In this document: in pieces, positions 7,901 through 15,714 of the stretch
Layout of the letters: each line of letters opens with the position of its first letter
How positions within the stretch are numbered: the first letter of the stretch is position 1
NCBI GenBank assembly: GCA_035389045.1
Contig: DAOORA010000003.1
Location: 108,382-128,381, forward strand
Direction: 5' to 3'
Source: Bacteroidales bacterium
Lineage (GTDB): Bacteria; Bacteroidota; Bacteroidia; Bacteroidales; CAIWKO01
DNA: 20,000 nucleotides
Notes under the pieces: model-generated
The model's database searches: none
Seen by the model: only the letters and a program-made list of their open reading frames with translations
What the model was told of the DNA's origin: nothing
Translations under genes and position numbers: made by a program

Positions 7901-9277
7901 GGTACCGATGGCGGTGTCATTGATGTTGTCGGTCCGGCAGTCAATCCCCCGGTGCATCTTGGATTCTATATTGCCGGTTCTGAGAAAGTCAGGATAACCA
8001 ATGCCGGCTATGTGGGTATCGGCACCCCGACACCTAATAGTCTTCTGCATGTCAGCAACAGCAGCAACACCCTGTTGCAGGTGGGTGACAGTGCCTTGCT
8101 GTCGGGATCAGACAATAATACAGGTGCCGGAAGTGCCGGATCAGTAACCATAACCGGTGGCAGCGATCTGATGGGAACCGGGACATCAGCAGGGTCGCTT
8201 ACTCTGCGTGCAGGAGCTTGGGGCGGAACCGACAGGGCAAAGATTGTAATTAAAAGCGTTGGTATCGGCGGTACCGGTGGTGGCATAATGATATCCGGCG
8301 GTTATAATACCGCGGGAACTATTTCTGTCGGGCGCCGTATCTATAACGGATCACCTGCAGGAGCAGTGGTAATCACAGGCGGAGAGGGTGCCTCAAATGG
8401 AAACGGAGGATCAGTGACTTTGGCTGCCGGTGCAGGCTCAGGTGATGTTTCTTATCGTGGAGGCGATGTTTTTATTAAAGCCGGTGCGGGGATTTCGCCA
8501 TCACCGCCGGGTAATATCCTTTTTAAGATAGCGGATGTAAGTGTGGCAAAGATTGACAGTACCGGCAAAATAGGCATAGGAACGACACATCCCGGCGCAA
8601 AGCTTGAGGTGAACGGTACAGTAAAAATTACCGACGGCACACAGGGCTCCGGAAAAGTACTCACATCCGACGCTGACGGTCTGGCAAGCTGGAACAGTAT
8701 TACCGGGGCTGAAACCAAAGTAACGGCAGGAACTAACGTTTCCGTTACCGGAACAGGAACCACCAGCGACCCGTATGTCATAAGCAGTGGCAGCAGCAGC
8801 CATTATATCGGCGAAAGCTATGGCGGAGGCATTGTTTTTTATGTGTATGACAACGGACAACATGGCCTCATTGCTGCCACATCCGACCAAAGCACTGCAA
8901 TAAAGTTTGGATATAATGCTGTTTTTACAATGGCCTTTGCTGATGGATTATATGCAGGCAGATCAAACACCAACCTGGTTATTGCCGGTCAGAGTATTGA
9001 CGACGGAACTTCTTATGCAGCAAGGCTTTGCAATGAATATACGGCAACAATGGGCGGGGTTACCTACGGCGATTGGTATCTGCCCTCAAAACACGAACTG
9101 AATTTATTATACCAACAGCGTGTCATCGTTGGTGGGTTTTCAACTAATAATTATTGGGCTTCCAACGAATACGTTACCAATATGCAACACGCATGGTATC
9201 AAAACTTTGGCACGGGGAATCAGAATATTGATAATAAAGTCGCTACAGCTTGTGTCCGAGCCATCAGAGCGTTCTGA
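4922..9277 (+). CDS. Large secreted tail-fibre/trimeric-adhesin-like protein with 17-aa beta-roll repeats, Gly-rich stalk and C-terminal DUF1566 (Lcl/CLec-fold) domain
   Basis: Signal peptide ...GYA|Q; N-terminal GVSIN...AMLDV.S..KGLLIPRV domain; short GPQGPPGADG collagen-like stretch; about 21 NTxGxxNTAxGxxALxx repeats; five G(N/K/F/Y)(V/I)G(I/L)GT motifs; C-terminus HYIGESYGGGIVFY...DWYLPSKHEL...YWAS.E...AW..VRAIRAF*. Confidence 0.8.
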   Translation: MKTTSHPGKRFFRDLYLWPPLFFFMLYSLCGYAQQGVSINTSGAPADSSAMLDVSSASKGLLIPRVSLASINDLSTITNPAVSLLVYNTNAAMAGGAIGFWYFDGTVWVQALGPQGPPGADGSADAWSLTGNAGTFPWVNFIGTTDSSDLSVKTNNILRSRFTRKGQIEIFNTGESVFLGEEAGKSDDLTNNQNVFIGYKAGNKNTTGHENTAMGHQSLFNNTVGNYNTAVGYQTLWFNSAGSLNTAMGENVLYHNTTGNSNTAIGFDALYQNTSGSDNVAVGKNVLFSNTTGGNNVGIGGDALSSNSTGSSNTAVGRFALQSNTSGYSNMAAGDFALNANTTGYRNTASGSSSLYSNTTGHENTAGGFWSLYSNTEGNWNTANGYASLYWNIAGSYNTAGGGNALNYNTTGSYNVAYGMQALMNNVAGSRATAVGFSAMLNANNTADLFENHSVAMGYEALRGSASAAANTGNNNTAVGYQTLLSNSTGNNNTALGDQALNSNTTAYSNTGLGRYALKNTSTGSQNTAVGQSAMLSNSNGYLNVALGDGSLLSNSTGYSNTGAGTSVLYHNLSGNNNTALGFESGFNSTGSGNVFLGNQAGYNETGSNKLYIANSSTNPPLIFGDFSVGKIGLGTISPAQRLDVQGGNINTSANLMTGGTARVDASGNLINIGNITATGASIYTSGAGTLLALHGGNSSTAAGGAVAISAGTGVSGAAGSDVSVNAADASGIATGGKITLTGGTGGYFGGSGAYVSINGGAPNYGPGGNLILSGGLQGPGNTWDPNRNGSVILAINGAEYMRLDGYRDGYQGFVGIGTSTPSTKLDVNGVITATGGNSTQWNNAFGWGNHAAAGYLTTETDGSVTNELQVLTISNDTIFLTNGGYVKLPAGFDGQYSSLTGVPTNVSTFTNDAGYLTSLSETDPQVGTNTTNYHSRWDGSALVTSSVYDNGNVGIGTTITDARLQIKPTAEAGYTLRLLSQSYDDRYVSIWRGTDGGVIDVVGPAVNPPVHLGFYIAGSEKVRITNAGYVGIGTPTPNSLLHVSNSSNTLLQVGDSALLSGSDNNTGAGSAGSVTITGGSDLMGTGTSAGSLTLRAGAWGGTDRAKIVIKSVGIGGTGGGIMISGGYNTAGTISVGRRIYNGSPAGAVVITGGEGASNGNGGSVTLAAGAGSGDVSYRGGDVFIKAGAGISPSPPGNILFKIADVSVAKIDSTGKIGIGTTHPGAKLEVNGTVKITDGTQGSGKVLTSDADGLASWNSITGAETKVTAGTNVSVTGTGTTSDPYVISSGSSSHYIGESYGGGIVFYVYDNGQHGLIAATSDQSTAIKFGYNAVFTMAFADGLYAGRSNTNLVIAGQSIDDGTSYAARLCNEYTATMGGVTYGDWYLPSKHELNLLYQQRVIVGGFSTNNYWASNEYVTNMQHAWYQNFGTGNQNIDNKVATACVRAIRAF
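5534..6690 (+). repeat. Intragenic degenerate 51-bp (17-aa) tandem repeat array, YadA-head/Hep_Hag-like
   Basis: 14 consecutive units (NTTGHENTAMGHQSLFN, NTVGNYNTAVGYQTLWF, ...), an interrupting segment (ANNTADLFENHSVAMGYEALRGSASAAA), then about 7 more units. Confidence 0.85.
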
Positions 9278-9475
9278 CATTATTTATGAAAATTGAGAAT
9301 TAAAATTTCCGACAGAGGATCTTCCATTATTTCAATCACAAATCAGAAATAACTTGTTCTGGTATAAGAATTTTTTTGGTGTTCAGGGGATATTAAGGCG
9401 ATTTATTAAGAAGATGATATTCATTTGAAGATAAATGTCTACTTTTAGTTCAGCCTAAAATTAATATCATATACC

Positions 9476-12277
9476 ATGAAAAAGATTGTTTTGTACGTAT
9501 TCTGTACGTTATTGATAAATATTGTGTTGGCCCAGACACCACAAAAGTTTAATTACCAGGCAGTTGTAAGGGATAGCTCGGGAAATATCCTTGCCAACCA
9601 GCCGGTTTCATTCCGGATCAGCCTGTTACTGGATTCCGTTACTGGAAATGCTGTTTATGTTGAAACACAAAAAGATACTACAAATTCATATGGAATTTCA
9701 GTGATTAAGATAGGTGATGGGAATCCACTACTTGGAACCATGACGGGAATAAACTGGGCAGGTGGCCCCTATTATATAAAAGTTGAACTGGATCAAAATG
9801 GAGGAACGGCTTTTACTTATATGGGGATCACACAGCTTGTCAGCGTACCTTATGCGTTACATTCCCGGACAGCCGACAGCATCAGCGGTATGCTGCCTGA
9901 AACGGATCCGGTTTATAATACATCGGTGGCGCATAGCATAACAGCATCGGATACCACCAAATGGGAAACTGCTTATGGCTGGGGAAATCATGCAATTGAA
10001 GGTTACCTGACAAGTTTTACCGAAACGGATCCGATTTTTGGCACCTCACCAGCAAACGGAATTACAGGTACAGACATCACTCATTGGAACACTTCTTACG
10101 GCTGGGGTAATCATGGATTAGCCGGATACCTGACAAGTTTCACCGAGATGGATACAATGATCTGGAAAAAAAATGCCGGCAATATTTACTATAATTCCGG
10201 CAATGTGGGTATTGGTACCAATTCGCCCGGTAATGCTCTTTCTGTCACTGGCAGTGCAAATTTCTCCACTTCCGTGTTGTCTCCGCTGTATAAGCCGCTG
10301 GTGGGTGAGGGTAACAGTTTATCTATTGTCGCCAACGACAACCCTAACGGCGAAGGAGGGTCCATAATGGTTACTGCTGGTACAGGCCAGGCCCAGGGAG
10401 GGCATCAGGGCGGAAACATTATACTTCAGTCAGGGAGCCTGATGTCTGAAGGATATGCGACACCCATTAGTTCGACTATCATACTTACCGGAAATCAGAC
10501 ATCCCAGGGCGGACCTGGTGGCAACATCAACATACAGGGCGGGGCCGGCACTTACAATCGTCCGGGGGGTAGCATCTGGATGGTTGCCGGTAGTGGAAAT
10601 CCTACTTATGCGAACGGCGCGGGAGGTAATGTTTATGTAGCAGCAGGCAATGGATCAGGCTCAAACCCAAGCGGTAATACAATTATTAGCGCCGGATCTG
10701 GTGGTACCGGCAATGGCTATATCGGATTTCAGTTAGGAAGTCTGGAAAAAATGCGTGTAGCAGCTTCCGGCAATGTCGGTATCGGGACTACCGTTCCTCT
10801 GGGCCTTCTCCATGTGAGCAGCAGCGGAAATACACTGCTGAAAGCCGGAAAACATGCATTACTGTCAGGATTAAACAATAATAATACCCTCGATACGGCA
10901 GGTTCAGTTACTATAACTGGTGGCAGTGATGTAGCCGGAATTGGGAAGGGAGCCGGATCTGTTACCATGACGGCAGGGGCATGGGGCGGGACAGACCGTG
11001 CAAAAATAATACTTAATAGTGTTGGAATCGGAGGCACCGGTGGAGGTATCTTAATATCCGGCGGGTTCAACACGGCCGGATCTATTTCTGTGGGACGGCG
11101 GATGAACAATGGGGCTCCGGCCGGTGGCGTTGTGATTTCAGGAGGTGTGGGCGGAGGCAATGGAAACGGAGGATCAGTCACCCTGTCAGCAGGAGCAGGA
11201 TCAGGTGATGTTTCTTACCGGGGCGGAGATGTCATTATTAATGGTGGTGCAGGTCTTTTGCCTTCGCCGGCAGGTAACATCCTTTTCAAGATTGCGGAGG
11301 TAAATGTGGCAAAAATTGACAGTACGGGAAGGATGGGTATAGGAACCATTCGTCCCGGCGCAAAGCTTGAGGTGAACGGAACTGTAAAAATTACCGACGG
11401 CACACAGGGCGCAGGCAAAGTGCTTACTTCTGATGCAAATGGCCTTGCAAGCTGGCAAAATGTTTTGGGAAGCGAATCCGATCCTGTTTTTGGCGCATCT
11501 CCCGCTGCTGGTGTTTTCTCAACGGATATTGCCAATTGGAACACCGCTTATGGATGGGGAGATCACGCTTCTGCCGGCTACCTGACATCGGAAGTTGACG
11601 GATCGCTTGCCAATGAATTACAAACATTGAGCATCAGCCACGATACCATTGCGTTAAGTAACGGTGGAGGATATGTCAAAATCCCTGAACAAAAAAGCGT
11701 CCCCGCATTGATTACTTATGACGACTTTGCATGCACAGCACTAAAGAGTTTTTGGTCCTTTACAACTACAGGAGGGGCTACATTATCTTTTGGCTGGAAT
11801 AATATGCAGGCGGTTGTCTTATCAACAAATGGTGGTAATACGATAAAATTAAAGTCAAACAGAAAAAAATCTGTTAACGACGGAATACTTGTTTTTACAG
11901 CTGTTAGTCATACTTATGAAGATAATAACCAGGCTTATGGCCCGCTGTCAAGGGGATTGGTTAGTGATTATGACCGGACTAATTACGCCATTGAATTTAT
12001 TAACATCAGCGGAAGCACCATACAGGCAAGAACGGTCTCCGGAGGTACGGCAACAACCACGGATTATGCTGTCGGAGCCACGGTGGCAGATTTGCATAGT
12101 TACACTATTATAGCCAGTAACACCAAAGTTGAATTTTATTTTAACGGAACCTTAATTGCCACTCATACGACAAATATTCCCACAGTACCTTTAAATATGT
12201 ATTTTGATGCAAGTACATGGACAGGTAATGTTCCGCATGCGATAGATGATGCAAAATTTGAAATAATTCCTTATTAA
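9476..12277 (+). CDS. Secreted tail-fibre-like protein: QTPQKFNYQ N-terminal domain, WGNH/ETDP repeats, Gly-rich stalk, C-terminal ConA-like (LamG/GH16-like) domain
   Basis: Signal peptide ...VLA|Q; N-domain paralogous to that of the 2707 gene; stalk paralogous to that of the 4922 gene; C-terminal HSYTIIASNTKVEFYFNGTLIATHTTNIPTVPLNMYF resembles a jelly-roll lectin/glucanase strand pattern. Confidence 0.75.
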   Translation: MKKIVLYVFCTLLINIVLAQTPQKFNYQAVVRDSSGNILANQPVSFRISLLLDSVTGNAVYVETQKDTTNSYGISVIKIGDGNPLLGTMTGINWAGGPYYIKVELDQNGGTAFTYMGITQLVSVPYALHSRTADSISGMLPETDPVYNTSVAHSITASDTTKWETAYGWGNHAIEGYLTSFTETDPIFGTSPANGITGTDITHWNTSYGWGNHGLAGYLTSFTEMDTMIWKKNAGNIYYNSGNVGIGTNSPGNALSVTGSANFSTSVLSPLYKPLVGEGNSLSIVANDNPNGEGGSIMVTAGTGQAQGGHQGGNIILQSGSLMSEGYATPISSTIILTGNQTSQGGPGGNINIQGGAGTYNRPGGSIWMVAGSGNPTYANGAGGNVYVAAGNGSGSNPSGNTIISAGSGGTGNGYIGFQLGSLEKMRVAASGNVGIGTTVPLGLLHVSSSGNTLLKAGKHALLSGLNNNNTLDTAGSVTITGGSDVAGIGKGAGSVTMTAGAWGGTDRAKIILNSVGIGGTGGGILISGGFNTAGSISVGRRMNNGAPAGGVVISGGVGGGNGNGGSVTLSAGAGSGDVSYRGGDVIINGGAGLLPSPAGNILFKIAEVNVAKIDSTGRMGIGTIRPGAKLEVNGTVKITDGTQGAGKVLTSDANGLASWQNVLGSESDPVFGASPAAGVFSTDIANWNTAYGWGDHASAGYLTSEVDGSLANELQTLSISHDTIALSNGGGYVKIPEQKSVPALITYDDFACTALKSFWSFTTTGGATLSFGWNNMQAVVLSTNGGNTIKLKSNRKKSVNDGILVFTAVSHTYEDNNQAYGPLSRGLVSDYDRTNYAIEFINISGSTIQARTVSGGTATTTDYAVGATVADLHSYTIIASNTKVEFYFNGTLIATHTTNIPTVPLNMYFDASTWTGNVPHAIDDAKFEIIPY
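9899..10153 (+). repeat. Intragenic 123-bp (41-aa) tandem duplication ETDP...W..AYGWGNH...GYLTSFT
   Basis: gaaacggatccg at 9899 and 10022; tacctgacaagttt at 10004 and 10127. Further copies of the motif occur near 11470-11590 and, in the 4922 gene, near 7444-7510. Confidence 0.8.
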
Positions 12278-12284
12278 TCTGAAT

Positions 12285-12316
12285 TATTCACAAAAAGTGA
12301 AGCGAATTTGTGAATA
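12285..12316 (+). terminator. Hairpin immediately after the 9476 gene stop (candidate terminator)
   Basis: tattcacaaa (12285-12294) and tttgtgaata (12307-12316) form a perfect 10-bp stem. There is no clear U-tract. Confidence 0.4.
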
Positions 12317-12412
12317 GTGGGTAGAATGTGTGAAGGCATTCAGATTAACCCCGATTTAGAAAAACATATTTTCAATAGAATATATCGGGAAAAGCATTGA
12401 AAATATTGGTTT

Positions 12413-12595
12413 GAGTCTGTCTCAAAAGCCTCATTTCATTGATATATTTCTCCGTGTCCGCCGCGGCGGACTCTGTGTTGTCTCTGTGAATCTCTGTGTA
12501 ACAGTAAAATAAAAATTACACAGAGCGACACTGAGGACACACAGACCTGCCTGCCGGCGAGGCAGGGTTACACAGAGGTATTTTGAGGCAACCTC
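12413..12595. mobile_element. Non-autonomous MITE/REP-like palindromic element with nested hairpins
   Basis: Imperfect 15-bp terminal inverted repeats gagtctgtctcaaaa / ttttgaggcaacctc; internal ctctgtg and cacagag repeats in mirror arrangement; nested GC-rich palindromes at 12456-12471 and 12546-12566; no ORF. Confidence 0.65.
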
Positions 12596-12628
12596 TTAAT
12601 CGGGTTAAAAATATTCAAAAAGGATCAA

Positions 12629-13057
12629 TTATTTTTCCAGCACCATCTTATAATGTTCTATTCCTGCTTCGGTAAAAACTTCGCCGGATATGACAAAACC
12701 ATGGCGCTGGTATAAGCTGCAGGCCCTGAGCTGAGAATGGAGATAAACCGGCAGCCCGAGTTGAATAACATTTTCCAGCACTTTATTCACCAATATCTTT
12801 CCGATGCCATTGTTTCGGTATTCCGGTAAAACAGCAAACCGCTCTAATTTAATGCCCTGTGCAGTTTTGCGCCAGCGGGCAGCGCCAACGGGTGTTTCAT
12901 CATCGTAAAGCAGGTAATGCGTGGCTTCGGCTTCGTGTTCATCGTATTCGAGTGCTGCCGGCACACCTTGTTCAGCGACAAATACTGCCTGGCGTATGGC
13001 AAAAGCCTGTTTAAATAAATCCTGGTCAGAAAAGGAAAAAGAAATTATTCGGATCAT
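12629..13057 (-). CDS. GNAT family N-acetyltransferase (YjcF/ElaA-like)
   Basis: AFAIRQAVFVAEQGVP, KLERFAVLPEYRNNGIG (acetyl-CoA motif A), LYQRHGF, EAGIEHYKM. Confidence 0.9.
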   Translation of the reverse strand: MIRIISFSFSDQDLFKQAFAIRQAVFVAEQGVPAALEYDEHEAEATHYLLYDDETPVGAARWRKTAQGIKLERFAVLPEYRNNGIGKILVNKVLENVIQLGLPVYLHSQLRACSLYQRHGFVISGEVFTEAGIEHYKMVLEK

Positions 13058-13070
13058 CGGCGTTTTTTTT

Positions 13071-13078
13071 CAAAGATA
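13071..13078 (-). promoter_or_regulatory. Bacteroidota -7 element for the GNAT gene
   Basis: caaagata reads TATCTTTG on the minus strand, 13 nt upstream of the start codon. Confidence 0.6.
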
Positions 13079-13123
13079 CAAAATGGAAAAAATTTCAGGA
13101 AATAAAACTATATAAAAATTACG

Positions 13124-13131
13124 TATCTTTG
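13124..13131 (+). promoter_or_regulatory. Bacteroidota -7 element for the SOD-containing ORF
   Basis: TATCTTTG lies about 41 nt upstream of ATG 13173 and is divergent from the GNAT promoter. Confidence 0.6.
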
Positions 13132-13502
13132 TTGAACATCGAAGAAATAAAATTGTATAAAACAACTTTACTATGAAAATGAAGAAACGTTACAATGCAG
13201 TTCTAAACGGTGGAATAAATCCCGTTGAACAGCTTCTCGAAGGAAAAACAATCGAATCGGCTGAAATCATTCAGGAAAAAGCTGATAATGATTCCGATAT
13301 CCGCGAATCGGTGAAAGTTGAATTCCATTCCGAAGGTGAAGCATTTGGCATCAATGCATGGTGTCAGATGTCACACTTGCTTGCATTAGGTATCTTCTCG
13401 CAGGATGATAACAAGGATGTTACCTTCCATCCTGGTGTGATGGTCAAAGGTCGTTACAATCAGCGGAAGACTGTTGAACCCAATAATCTAAATCATATTA
13501 TT

Positions 13503-14075
13503 ATGTTTGAATTACCGAAATTACCTTATGAAGTAAATGCCCTTGAGCCGTTTATTTCTGAAAAGACCATAAGTTTTCATTATGGCAAACATCATCAGGC
13601 TTATGTTACCAACGTAAATAAATTAATTGTTGGTACCGAATTTGAAAACGCCACCCTCGAAGAGATCATCAAAAAAGCTACCGGTGGTATTTTTAATAAT
13701 GCCGCACAGGTATGGAACCATACGTTTTACTGGAACAGCCTTGCTCCTAAGCCCAAAGTCAATCCTGAGGGGGCGCTGGCAGAAGCGATAAATAATAAGT
13801 TTGGTTCGTTTGATGCGTTCAAAGAGAAATTTTCAACAGCCTGTGTTACGCTTTTTGGCTCTGGCTGGGCATGGCTGGTCAAGACTCCCGATGGCAGCCT
13901 TGACATTGTCCAGGAAAGCAATGCCGGAAACCCGCTTCGCAACGGACTTACACCAATATTAACCTGTGATGTCTGGGAACATGCCTATTATCTTGATTTT
14001 CAGAACCGCCGGCCGGACTATGTGGCCGAATTCTGGAAATATGTGAACTGGGACGAGGTAGAAAAAAGATTTTAA
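13503..14075 (+). CDS. sodB: Superoxide dismutase, Fe/Mn family, probably Fe-type (frame is open upstream to ATG 13173)
   Basis: MFELPKLPY...[47 protein letters not shown] and NAG (rather than GGG and NQD) are the Fe-type signatures. Confidence 0.92.
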   Translation: MFELPKLPYEVNALEPFISEKTISFHYGKHHQAYVTNVNKLIVGTEFENATLEEIIKKATGGIFNNAAQVWNHTFYWNSLAPKPKVNPEGALAEAINNKFGSFDAFKEKFSTACVTLFGSGWAWLVKTPDGSLDIVQESNAGNPLRNGLTPILTCDVWEHAYYLDFQNRRPDYVAEFWKYVNWDEVEKRF

Positions 14076-14198
14076 GTTTTTAAAATCTACGATCCGCCAA
14101 AGCGGACAGCGGTAGAAGAAAAAGGAAAATATTTTCCGCATCATAGATGCCCCTATGGTGTAGATAGTTCGGATATTTGAAAAAAAACAAAGAAAAAT

Positions 14199-15164
14199 AT
14201 GGATACTGAATTAAAAAAAGCAGCCATTATTGCATTGAGAGATTGCATGGGGCTGAAAGCAGAAGAAACCCTTTTGGTAATTACTGATGAATTAAAAAAG
14301 GACATCGGTGCGGCCTTGCACGAAGCCGGAAAAGAACTTTGCAAAGAATCCCTGCTGGTAGAAATAAAATCGCGCGAAATCAACGGACAGGAACCGCCAA
14401 AACAAATTGCCGACCTGATGAAAATGGTTGATGTTGTCATATGTCCGACCGACAAATCACTCACACATACCGATGCCCGCCGCGAAGCGTCAAAACTTGG
14501 CGTGAGGGTAGGGACGATGCCCGGAATTACCGTAGATTGCATGGTACGTTGCCTGAACGCCGATATCCAAAAAATACTGGATCTTACTGATTTTGTGGTT
14601 CAAAAAATGACCGGAATAAAACAAATACGCGTCGTTACCGAAAAAGGTACCGACATTACCATGCCTGTTGAAGGAAGGAATGTGCTGCCGAGTAAGGGTG
14701 TGATGCGCAACAAGGGCGAAAGCGGAAACCTGCCTTCGGGAGAAGTGTACCTTGCTCCCTGGGAAGGAAAGTCAAATGGTAAAGTCGTTATTGATGGCTC
14801 CATGGCCGGTATCGGGATGCTGAAAACTCCTATCACTATTGAGGTTGTGGATGGATATGCCGAAAAGATCACCGGAGGGGAAGAGGCTGAAAGATTAGCC
14901 GCGATGCTCGATAAAGTTGGCCGGGATGCCCGCGCGGTAGCCGAATTTGGCATTGGTACCAACTATAAAGCACAACTTACAGGTATGATACTCGAAGATG
15001 AAAAAGTTTTCGGAACCATACATATTGCCTTCGGGAACAATATCAGTATGGGAGGAAATGTCGCAGTAAGCAGCCATCTCGACGGGCTTGTCAACGAGCC
15101 GGATGTATATTTTGATGATGTGCTGATCATGAAAAACGGGAAAATGCTTGGTTTTGTCGTGTAA
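14199..15164 (+). CDS. Aminopeptidase, peptidase M29 (thermophilic metalloprotease / leucyl aminopeptidase T-like)
   Basis: NLPSGEVY.AP, GKVVIDGS, AEFGIGTN, EDEKVFGTIHIAFGNN, HLD. Confidence 0.88.
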   Translation: MDTELKKAAIIALRDCMGLKAEETLLVITDELKKDIGAALHEAGKELCKESLLVEIKSREINGQEPPKQIADLMKMVDVVICPTDKSLTHTDARREASKLGVRVGTMPGITVDCMVRCLNADIQKILDLTDFVVQKMTGIKQIRVVTEKGTDITMPVEGRNVLPSKGVMRNKGESGNLPSGEVYLAPWEGKSNGKVVIDGSMAGIGMLKTPITIEVVDGYAEKITGGEEAERLAAMLDKVGRDARAVAEFGIGTNYKAQLTGMILEDEKVFGTIHIAFGNNISMGGNVAVSSHLDGLVNEPDVYFDDVLIMKNGKMLGFVV

Positions 15165-15270
15165 TCAATCCCTTAAAGACCTATGATTTCAGGAAGGTCG
15201 CAGGAAAAATTAATGAAGATGTTTTGTAAATTATATGTTCAGTTAATGAAAATAAATAAAAACAGCAACG

Positions 15271-15714
15271 ATGTTAAAAGCAATTATTAAAACGATAAAA
15301 GGCGACATGACGGTTACCTTTTATGAGAAAGATGCTCCCAATACGGTAAAAAACTTTGTTGACCTTGCAAAAAAGGGTTTTTATAATGGATTAACATTTC
15401 ACCGTGTGATTCCCGATTTTGTGATACAGGGTGGATGCCCTTACGGTACGGGGGCAGGTGGCCCGGGATATACCATAAAATGTGAAACCATGGGCGGCAA
15501 TCAGTATCACGACCGCGGTGTACTTTCGATGGCGCATGCCGGACCTGATACCGGTGGATCCCAGTTTTTTATCTGCCACAGCAGACGGAACACCTCACAT
15601 CTTGACCGTAAGCATACATGTTTCGGAAAAGTAATTGACGGGTTGGACGTTATTGACGCCATCCGCCAGGGTGATGTGATCCATTCTGTGGAAATTAGGG
15701 AAGAAAAAGAGTAA
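15271..15714 (+). CDS. Cyclophilin-type peptidyl-prolyl cis-trans isomerase
   Basis: [57 protein letters not shown]. Confidence 0.95.
   Translation: MLKAIIKTIKGDMTVTFYEKDAPNTVKNFVDLAKKGFYNGLTFHRVIPDFVIQGGCPYGTGAGGPGYTIKCETMGGNQYHDRGVLSMAHAGPDTGGSQFFICHSRRNTSHLDRKHTCFGKVIDGLDVIDAIRQGDVIHSVEIREEKE

Noticed and set aside
2707..12277. Prophage tail module
   Set aside because: The fibre-like proteins have Sec signal peptides with N-terminal Gln, and there are no capsid, terminase, baseplate, lysis or integrase genes nearby.
14093..14106. tccgc-caaa-gcgga hairpin after sod as a terminator or REP copy
   Set aside because: Only a 5-bp stem with no U-tract. It resembles the 12456 palindrome but is too short to call.
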